From an uncultured Pseudomonadota bacterium (GTDB lineage: Bacteria > Pseudomonadota > Gammaproteobacteria > Natronospirales > REEB76), in contig CAVZGN010000001.1 of the NCBI GenBank assembly GCA_963774895.1, positions 450,419 to 514,418 on the forward strand: a DNA stretch of 64,000 nucleotides, read 5' to 3'. Each line of letters opens with the position of its first letter. Position 1 is the stretch's first letter. The notes beneath the pieces were generated by a model, which worked only from the letters and a program-made list of their open reading frames with translations, made no database searches and had not been told where the DNA came from. This document shows positions 38,201-44,923 of the stretch, one piece after another. A program made the translations under genes and the position numbers.

Positions 38201-38827
38201 ATGCTCCAATTCAGCCACAGTCTCGGGATATCGGTCGGTATCCATATAGCAGCGGTTCTGCTCCTAATCTTGATTGCCGAATATCATTCGGCCACACCTC
38301 TGCCACCTTCCAACGCATCTTTGGCCGATGCCATCGCCGTCAACATTGTGCCACCACCGCCACCGCAATCACCTCCGCAGCCGCCACAACCACGGGTGCC
38401 ACAGCCGACGCCGCCGGTCCTACAGCCGCCCCCGCAGACTATTTCTACCGAAGCCGCTCAGGCCGATATATCAACACCACCGCCCAAGAGCATTCCAGCT
38501 CCGGCACCGCCGCCGCCCACGCAGAGTCAAACTACGCCTCTGGAAGCGACCTATGCGCAGATTGTCAGCGCCCTTCTGGAAGCAAATAAGCGCTACCCAC
38601 GCCAGGCATTGCTTGCCGGAGAACAGGGCACCGTGATCTTGTGGTTTGTGCTTAACCGTGAAGGTACGGTACTTGCGTATCGGATTGAACAGTCTTCAGG
38701 GCAACTGATATTCGATGAAGCAGTGAAACGCCTTATTCAGCGTATTCATTTTCCACCCTTTCCGAATCGCGATCTGAGCCAACGCAAGACCTTCATGGTA
38801 CCCATACAATTCGAGTTAACGGGATAA
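38201..38827 (+). CDS. tonB: energy transducer TonB
   Basis: An N-terminal TM is followed by a Pro-rich spacer (PPPPPQSPPQPPQPRVPQP). The C-terminal TonB domain reads YPRQALLAGEQGTVILWFVLNREGTV. Confidence 0.85.
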   Translation: MLQFSHSLGISVGIHIAAVLLLILIAEYHSATPLPPSNASLADAIAVNIVPPPPPQSPPQPPQPRVPQPTPPVLQPPPQTISTEAAQADISTPPPKSIPAPAPPPPTQSQTTPLEATYAQIVSALLEANKRYPRQALLAGEQGTVILWFVLNREGTVLAYRIEQSSGQLIFDEAVKRLIQRIHFPPFPNRDLSQRKTFMVPIQFELTG

Positions 38828-38835
38828 ATTGTTGT

Positions 38836-38920
38836 TGTCTCATTCCACCGACATCATATTTTTCACTGAATTCAAGGCGTTGTAGATTCAATCCGGTCTA
38901 AGCGTCACCCTCAGGCGACA
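38836..38920. promoter_or_regulatory. two (T/C)GTC-N10-GACA sites upstream of the third sigma54 promoter
   Basis: The sites are TGTCtcattccaccGACA (38836-38853) and CGTCaccctcaggcGACA (38903-38920). Confidence 0.5.
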
Positions 38921-38982
38921 GATTTCCAGATAACGGTCGGTAAGACCCGCCGAATTAACCGTGTTTGCTGAATATCGGATTC

Positions 38983-38998
38983 TGGCACGTCGTTTGCA
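38983..38998 (+). promoter_or_regulatory. sigma54 promoter for the lipoprotein-P4 operon
   Basis: TGGCAC-gtcgt-TTGCA is a perfect consensus, 60 nt upstream of ATG 39059. Confidence 0.75.
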
Positions 38999-39058
38999 GG
39001 AGTATTCATCGGGTATCGAACCCAGGCTTTTCACTCCATTAAACATGCAGGTGGCGTT

Positions 39059-39262
39059 ATGAAAATCATAGTTGCTGGATGCTTGACAGCTTCGCTGATC
39101 CTCGGGGCACTCTGTGCTTGTAATGGCAATAATCCACAAAATAACCCGCAAGCGACTCCTGCCCCCACTACCCAGCAGGCGCCCGCACAGACAACACAGC
39201 CGGCGCCTACAGCCACGACCAAATCGAAGGCAGGATCGAACGTCGTACCGCCACCCCTCTGA
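39059..39262 (+). CDS. small secreted/lipoprotein, Q/P/T/A-rich, ending in VPPPL
   Basis: 67 aa, with an N-terminal hydrophobic segment and Cys residues (ILGALCAC). TTQQAPAQTTQPAPTATT is paralogous to the 39791 protein. Confidence 0.6.
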   Translation: MKIIVAGCLTASLILGALCACNGNNPQNNPQATPAPTTQQAPAQTTQPAPTATTKSKAGSNVVPPPL

Positions 39263-39290
39263 GGAAAGCCGTTTCACCAGGAGAATTGCC

Positions 39291-39566
39291 ATGACCCATA
39301 AAATCTTCGGCTATAAGGGATTTATCGTAAAGGTGATACCGCGTGAAGTCATTGCCATGCAATCCGCAGCCAACAGACGTATCCGTTATGCAGCATCCGT
39401 GGTGATCATGCGTTTTGTGGATGCCACACGCCACAAAAACGCGATGCGCTGCTATCCGGGTGGCACATGCGTGACGCCGGAGCAAGCGCTGAAGCTGGGC
39501 ACGGAATATGCCACTCACCTGATTGACGATGATTTCTCCATTACTGCGACGGCTGAACAATTCTGA
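39291..39566 (+). CDS. island paralog family member P4 (91 aa)
   Basis: A caggaga SD lies 6 nt before the ATG. MTHKIFGYKGFIVKV...YAASVVI...YPGGTCVTPEQALKLGTEYATHLIDDD. Confidence 0.7.
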   Translation: MTHKIFGYKGFIVKVIPREVIAMQSAANRRIRYAASVVIMRFVDATRHKNAMRCYPGGTCVTPEQALKLGTEYATHLIDDDFSITATAEQF

Positions 39567-39699
39567 ATTGACCGGCATTATTTTACGCTGCTGATCGTCG
39601 CAATGAGACAACGCTTCATTCATACGTTATGCCTATAACAAATGCTATTTGGAATTGGATCTATGCAAAAGGCTTTTAAAATCGGGTGTATTCGAAGCT

Positions 39700-39715
39700 T
39701 GGCATGCAGCTTGCT
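39700..39715 (+). promoter_or_regulatory. sigma54 promoter for the lipoprotein/EF-hand operon
   Basis: TGGCAT-gcagc-TTGCT, 75 nt upstream of ATG 39791. Confidence 0.7.
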
Positions 39716-39790
39716 GCATTTCAATCGGAGACGATATAAAACCATCGTGTTGCTTGTATCAATTTCATCACAACTGGGAAGGAGAGAACC

Positions 39791-39982
39791 ATGAAAATCG
39801 CTAATGCATTGGCTGCGCTACTGACACTCGGCCTTATTGCTGGGTGTTCTGGTAATCCGTCGCAGGACTCACAACAACAAGGTATGAACCCTGCAGGAAC
39901 CACCACACAACAGGCGCCGGCTCCGGCCACGCAGCCAGCACCGGCTCCAACGACCCACCAGCCACCACCCCCGTCGATATGA
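39791..39982 (+). CDS. small lipoprotein, Q/P/T/A-rich, ending in PPPPSI
   Basis: Canonical lipobox LIAGC. An aggagag SD is present. TTTQQAPAPATQPAPAPTT is paralogous to the 39059 protein. Confidence 0.65.
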   Translation: MKIANALAALLTLGLIAGCSGNPSQDSQQQGMNPAGTTTQQAPAPATQPAPAPTTHQPPPPSI

Positions 39983-40060
39983 TCGTGTCATCAGCCTCAG
40001 ACTGACAACGAAAATATCATGTTCAGAGGTAAATCACGCACTCTTATTTTAGAGGCATTT

Positions 40061-40438
40061 ATGAAAAACGTAATCGCAGTAATTTCAGGAATTGTGTTGG
40101 CAATCAGCCTGGGCGCCGCTTTCGCGGGCAATACACCAGCTAGCGGCAAGCAGGATATGCAGAATCCGGAGCAGGCATCGCAGACTCCATCCGATCCTCA
40201 AAATGCATGCAATACCAAATACCCAAGCTTCAGCCAGCTTGATACCAAACATAAGGATTATCTCACCAAGAAAGAAGTAAGCCGGGTTCACGGCCTGGAA
40301 CAGGCATTCAAGAAAGCTGACACCGACCATAATGGGAAACTGAGCGATTCTGAATATACGGCGTGGGTGGAATCCCATTGCAAAAGCAGCATGCTGAACC
40401 AGCAACCGCAGGGGCAGACACCACCACCGGTTGGATGA
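40061..40438 (+). CDS. periplasmic EF-hand calcium-binding protein
   Basis: A signal peptide is present. The EF-hand loop is DTDHNGKLSDSE, with a second degenerate loop DTKHKDYLTKKE. Confidence 0.7.
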   Translation: MKNVIAVISGIVLAISLGAAFAGNTPASGKQDMQNPEQASQTPSDPQNACNTKYPSFSQLDTKHKDYLTKKEVSRVHGLEQAFKKADTDHNGKLSDSEYTAWVESHCKSSMLNQQPQGQTPPPVG

Positions 40439-40486
40439 TTTAAATCGCGCGGTTATTAAACGCGTCTGCTATCAGCAGAACCTGTG

Positions 40487-40530
40487 TTCCGGCAGGGTCC
40501 GTTGGACCCTGCCGGAATGTTGTATATTTG
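40487..40530 (+). terminator. strong rho-independent terminator
   Basis: ttccggcagggtcc-gtt-ggaccctgccggaa forms a 14-bp stem, followed by a T-rich tract. Confidence 0.7.
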
Positions 40531-40705
40531 AATGGCAACTGTGCAAACTATGAAAGCCAGGCACCACCAGCTAGTAGCAAATAAGAAATAAACAGGCGGA
40601 TTTTGCTATAGCTCTTGGCAGAGCTCGACTACAAAGTTTCAGGGAAGGCGCGCAGAACCGCTGTATTTTGGGTGTCAATGGAAATAAGGAGTGTGTGTAG
40701 CACTT

Positions 40706-42142
40706 ATGAAAATTCTTCAGCCCAGCTCGATACGCAAACGGATCCTGTTCTCATTTTCGCTAGTCATGTTACCCCTGGTCTTTGGACTGGCAGTAGCAAT
40801 ACTCTCCATACATAATCTGGCTACACAGGGGCAAAACGCAGTTCTAAACGCCGCCGATACCGTTCAATACAGCCGCACGTTGCTGGAAGAACTACCCGAT
40901 ATGGAACGTAATGCGCTCCAGTACCGGGTACTGCAAGATCAATCGCTGTATAAGCTTTATACAGAACGGCATCAAGAATTCCAGCAGACCAGTACTGCCT
41001 TCTCACGCTTGAAGCTTAATGACACCATGCGTGAAAAACTCAACGAACTTACCACACGAGAGCAAGTCGTTTTCAATAATTTTTCGCGGTTCGATCCAAA
41101 TTCAGACGATTCCAATATGGCAGTGGATCAATTTGAGGATTTGAACAATCTGGCACGCTCCATACTCGCATTAGGCACGCAATCCATCGAAAATGAAATC
41201 AATAATATGCAGACGACTTCCAAAACCCGTCAAAGCCAACTGGCGTGGCTGGTGGCAATTCTGATACTCGCGGGTTTTTGCATGGCTGCAATATCCATCG
41301 TTCTGATCACTCGGCCAATGCGATCAATAGACCAGGCGATAAAGGGAATCGGCGCCGGAGATCTGGCCACCCCGATCGCGGTGAAAGGACCCCAGGATCT
41401 GAATGAACTTGGCAAACGCTTGGACTGGTTGCGCTCCAGGTTGCTTGATCTCGAGCAGCATCGCGTTCGCTTTCTCAGGCATATCTCACATGAACTCAAG
41501 ACACCGTTGACAAACATCCGTGAAGGTTCGCAGTTGTTGACGGATCAGATCGTGGGACCGCTTAATACTGAACAATTGGAAATTGCGCAGATTCTGCAAA
41601 AGAATGGCATGCAGTTGCAACAACGCATCGAAGATCTGCTGAATTACAGCGCCGCGCAAGGGCCTCAATTGTTCGGTGAAAACCAATTGATCAAGTTCAA
41701 TCAGGTGATTGTCAAAGTGATCGAGGACCAGAAGATGGCCATCAAGGCCAAACACATAAAAATCGATGCGCACTTGCATGAAGTCGCCATACTGGCTGAT
41801 GCGGAAAAAATTCGTATCGTAGTGGACAATCTGCTTTCCAACGCCATCAAATACTCGCCCATGGGCGGTGTAATCGGGCTGAATCTAAAGGTAGAGAATG
41901 GTCAAGCGGTTTTGAATGTGGAAGATCAAGGTCCAGGCATCAAAGCGGATGAGCGGGAGAAGGTTTTTGAAGCTTTTTATCAGGGCCAGGGCAGTGACAG
42001 CGGTTATGTAAAAGGCACCGGATTGGGTCTATCCATCGCCCGCGAATATATACGTCTGCACCAAGGTATGATTGAGATCGTCGAACGACAGCATGGAGCA
42101 GGCTTTCGGATTGCTCTACCCGCTACGGGATCAGGAGGCTGA
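40706..42142 (+). CDS. sensor histidine kinase (GlrK/QseE-like)
   Basis: Two TM segments, a HAMP-like region, the H-box FLRHISHELKTPLTNI and the ATPase motifs NAIKYSP, DQGPGI, GTGLGLSI. GTG 40691 is an alternative start. Confidence 0.8.
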   Translation: MKILQPSSIRKRILFSFSLVMLPLVFGLAVAILSIHNLATQGQNAVLNAADTVQYSRTLLEELPDMERNALQYRVLQDQSLYKLYTERHQEFQQTSTAFSRLKLNDTMREKLNELTTREQVVFNNFSRFDPNSDDSNMAVDQFEDLNNLARSILALGTQSIENEINNMQTTSKTRQSQLAWLVAILILAGFCMAAISIVLITRPMRSIDQAIKGIGAGDLATPIAVKGPQDLNELGKRLDWLRSRLLDLEQHRVRFLRHISHELKTPLTNIREGSQLLTDQIVGPLNTEQLEIAQILQKNGMQLQQRIEDLLNYSAAQGPQLFGENQLIKFNQVIVKVIEDQKMAIKAKHIKIDAHLHEVAILADAEKIRIVVDNLLSNAIKYSPMGGVIGLNLKVENGQAVLNVEDQGPGIKADEREKVFEAFYQGQGSDSGYVKGTGLGLSIAREYIRLHQGMIEIVERQHGAGFRIALPATGSGG

Positions 42143-42754
42143 ATGCGCAGGAATTTGCCTGGCCTAGTTGTATCGCTCGTCATCAGCATTATTCTGGTTT
42201 TGACGGGATGTATTCCCCGCTCCACAAAGCCGGATGTGCTTATGATCCCTGAAACAGGTGACGGCCAAATTGTCAGATTGATGGACTACGTCAACACCGT
42301 CTTGAGTCTGCCACCGGCTGCTCAGGCGGCCACGCAGGAAAACCTTAGGCAGCAATATAATCTAACGCAGTTCCCCGAAGACCGGATGCGACTTGCGCTT
42401 TTGGATGTTCTGTCGGACAGGCCGTCGCGCAATCTGGATGAGGCTGTGTCATTAGTATCTGGATATAACTGGGAAGTAGTGGGGCCGGGATTCAAGGGCT
42501 TGGCCAATCTGCTATTAAATATTGCCAGTAGTCAGCAAGCAATCGCCACAATTGACCAGTCACTCGCGCAGCAATTGGCTTCGGAGCGCTCACAAAAAGA
42601 TCATCTTCAACAACAACTGGACGCGTTGAAGAGTATCGAGAAAACCATGGATAAACGCGACAAGTCGATAGTGGCTCCACCCATCCGCAAGCTGCCGCCA
42701 GCCTCAACCAGCAACTCACAACCTCCAGCCACACCCCCTGGGGAGCAGCTTTGA
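42143..42754 (+). CDS. lipoprotein encoded between kinase and regulator (QseG/YfhG-like position)
   Basis: Lipobox LVLTGC. 203 aa. The position mirrors E. coli glrK-qseG-glrR. I cannot assert sequence similarity to QseG. Confidence 0.55.
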   Translation: MRRNLPGLVVSLVISIILVLTGCIPRSTKPDVLMIPETGDGQIVRLMDYVNTVLSLPPAAQAATQENLRQQYNLTQFPEDRMRLALLDVLSDRPSRNLDEAVSLVSGYNWEVVGPGFKGLANLLLNIASSQQAIATIDQSLAQQLASERSQKDHLQQQLDALKSIEKTMDKRDKSIVAPPIRKLPPASTSNSQPPATPPGEQL

Positions 42755-44127
42755 AAGCCACGCCCGCAAAAGCGATCTTGACTACGGGACGTATTCTGGT
42801 TGCTGACGATGACCCCGGCCTGCTGCGCCTGTTAGTCATGCGTCTGACCGCTGCGGGGCACGAGGTGCGTACGGTGGAAAGCGGCGAACAGGCCTTGGCG
42901 CAGATCCCGCTGTTCCGGCCACACGCGGTCATAACCGATATGCGCATGGCGGGTATGGATGGTATTGAGCTATTTAACAACATACGGCGCCATGATCAAT
43001 CTTTGCCAGTGATCATTCTCACCGCTCATGGCACTATTCCTGACGCCGTGGATGCCACCCATAAAGGAGTATTTGCCTATCTCACCAAACCCTTCGATAG
43101 CAAATCACTGTTGAAATGGGTGAACGATGCCTTGCGGATATCCGGCAAGCTTGAATTAAAAGATGTTGAAAACGCAGATGCTGCATGGCGTGCGGACATT
43201 ATCACACGCAGCCTGCTGATGGAGGATTTGTTGCGTCAAGCGAAGCTCGTATCTGCGGGCGATACGGCGGTTCTCATACAAGGTGAGAGTGGTACCGGCA
43301 AGGAACTATTGGCGCGTGCCATTCACAACGCCAGCCCGCGCGGCGACAAGCCGTTCATAGCCGTCAACTGTGCCGCGATCCCGGAAACCCTGCTGGAATC
43401 CGAGCTTTTCGGATACAGCAAGGGCGCATTCACCGGTGCAACCTCGGACCGGCGCGGCCTGTTTCAGGCCGCACATACCGGTACTCTATTCCTGGATGAG
43501 ATTGGCGACATGCCTTTGAGTTTCCAGGTGAAATTGTTGCGTGCGTTGCAGGAGAAAGAAATCCGGCCGGTTGGTTCGAATAATCCTATCGCAGTGGATG
43601 TACGCATTATTTCGGCCACGAACCATGACCTTGAAAAGAAGGTCTCGGAACAGGGGTTCCGCGAAGATCTATATTATCGGCTGGCAGTAGTGCCGCTGAC
43701 CATGCCACCGCTGGCAGCCCGCCGCGAAGATATTCCGCTCCTGGTTACCCATTTCCTAAGCCATGCGGGAGGAAGCAATACAAAAAGCATCAAAGGATTT
43801 GCACCCCGGGCCATGGAACTATTATTGAGTGCGCCTTGGCCGGGCAATGTGCGGCAGCTACAGAACGTAGTGGAACAAACCGTAGCACTTACCACCACCC
43901 CCCTCATACCGGAAGTCCTGGTACAAAATGCCCTGCGTGAGAAGACCGGACAAGTCACTTCCCTGGTCGAAGCGCGGGAACATTTTGAACGCGAATACCT
44001 GGTACAACTACTGCAAATCACCGAGGGCAACGTAAGTCAGGCAGCACACCTGGCGCAGCGGAATCGCACTGAATTCTACAAACTTTTACACCGTTACCAA
44101 CTTAAACCAGAGGAATTCCGATCCTGA
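42751..44127 (+). CDS. sigma54-dependent response regulator (GlrR/QseF-like, NtrC family)
   Basis: The receiver domain reads ILVADDDPGLLRLLVMRLT...PVIILTAHGTIPDAVDATHKGVFAYLTKP, close to my memory of GlrR. The AAA+ domain shows GESGTGKE and GAFTGA. A C-terminal Fis-type HTH is present. The TTG start overlaps the upstream stop. Confidence 0.85.
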   Translation: MKATPAKAILTTGRILVADDDPGLLRLLVMRLTAAGHEVRTVESGEQALAQIPLFRPHAVITDMRMAGMDGIELFNNIRRHDQSLPVIILTAHGTIPDAVDATHKGVFAYLTKPFDSKSLLKWVNDALRISGKLELKDVENADAAWRADIITRSLLMEDLLRQAKLVSAGDTAVLIQGESGTGKELLARAIHNASPRGDKPFIAVNCAAIPETLLESELFGYSKGAFTGATSDRRGLFQAAHTGTLFLDEIGDMPLSFQVKLLRALQEKEIRPVGSNNPIAVDVRIISATNHDLEKKVSEQGFREDLYYRLAVVPLTMPPLAARREDIPLLVTHFLSHAGGSNTKSIKGFAPRAMELLLSAPWPGNVRQLQNVVEQTVALTTTPLIPEVLVQNALREKTGQVTSLVEAREHFEREYLVQLLQITEGNVSQAAHLAQRNRTEFYKLLHRYQLKPEEFRS

Positions 44128-44234
44128 TTCGGTGCGAGTTGATACCGCCCATATATTAACAGCGGATTCTGTACTTTGAGAAGGGCGAGCGCCGCATGTA
44201 AGTGATTTTGATCGAACGCTTAAATATAACTTGT

Positions 44235-44280
44235 ATTCGTAATGCGTGGGTCGGGAGTTCGACTCTCTCCGCCGGCACCA
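44235..44280 (+). repeat. attR: displaced 3' fragment of tRNA-Thr (46 bp)
   Basis: attcgtaatgcgtgggtcgggagttcgactctctccgccggcacca is identical to 33705-33750. Confidence 0.9.
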
Positions 44281-44468
44281 AAAGAGCAAATGAATTAGCT
44301 AGTTGATTGATTTCTTGGTTCCGCTACTGGCGTTCAAGTAGCGATCGTTTACAGACATCATCAATTGATGATATATCCGCGGAAGGGTAATATTCGAAGG
44401 GATGAGTTTCAGTAGTGCCGGCCGCTTAAGGAAATTCAAAGTCGCCTGTGTGACAAGGAACGGCCAGA

Positions 44469-44923
44469 ATGACGCCGGTACGCCGCAAGCGTCTGATGGT
44501 TGTCGCCGTTATCATTGTGGGCCTGGCGACCGCCGCTACTGCCTTGGGTTTGCAGGCATTCAAGAAAAACCTGCTGTATAACTTCACACCCGCACAGGTA
44601 GCGGCCGCCGTGCGCACCTCGGCCAGCTGTTCCACATAAGTGGCCATGGCGGCCATGGGGAGTATTCTGTGCCACCCTGGCAGTATGACACCTCCAAGGT
44701 TATGCAGAAATCCAGCCCGGTGGTGTATTCTGGGATGCTATCGGACCTGTTTCGTGAAGGCCAAGGCATAGTGGTGTATGGCAAGCTGGACAAGAATGCA
44801 TTGTTCGTGGCTCAACAGGTGCTGGCCAAGCACGATGCCACCTACACGCCGCCGGAAGTGAACGCCGCCATCAAGAAAGCCGAGGTCGAGCAGCGGGCCG
44901 CGGCCGTAAAAGGTGTTACATGA
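44469..44923 (+). pseudogene. ccmE: cytochrome c maturation heme chaperone CcmE, reading frame disrupted
   Basis: ATG 44469 gives [46 protein letters not shown] and stops at TAA 44637-44639. The conserved part [23 protein letters not shown]...[14 protein letters not shown] is in another frame, ending at 44923 with an ATGA overlap with ccmF. The span is 455 nt, not a multiple of 3. Confidence 0.7.

Larger units (their letters stand above)
33751..44280. mobile_element. tRNA-Thr-associated genomic island (~10.5 kb), no integrase detected
   Basis: The 46-bp 3' part of tRNA-Thr (33705-33750) is repeated exactly at 44235-44280. The interior is AT-richer than the backbone (38% in one hand-counted line). 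Confidence 0.65.

Noticed and set aside
33751-44234. A search for an integrase, excisionase, relaxase or phage genes inside the tRNA-Thr island.
   Set aside because: None of the ORFs at or above 60 aa shows tyrosine or serine recombinase motifs. I therefore call the island integrase-less rather than annotating any ORF as int.
44086-44289. 67-aa minus-strand ORF.
   Set aside because: It is the antisense translation of the attR tRNA-Thr fragment (…RRRESNSRPTHYEY…) and overlaps the regulator's 3' end.
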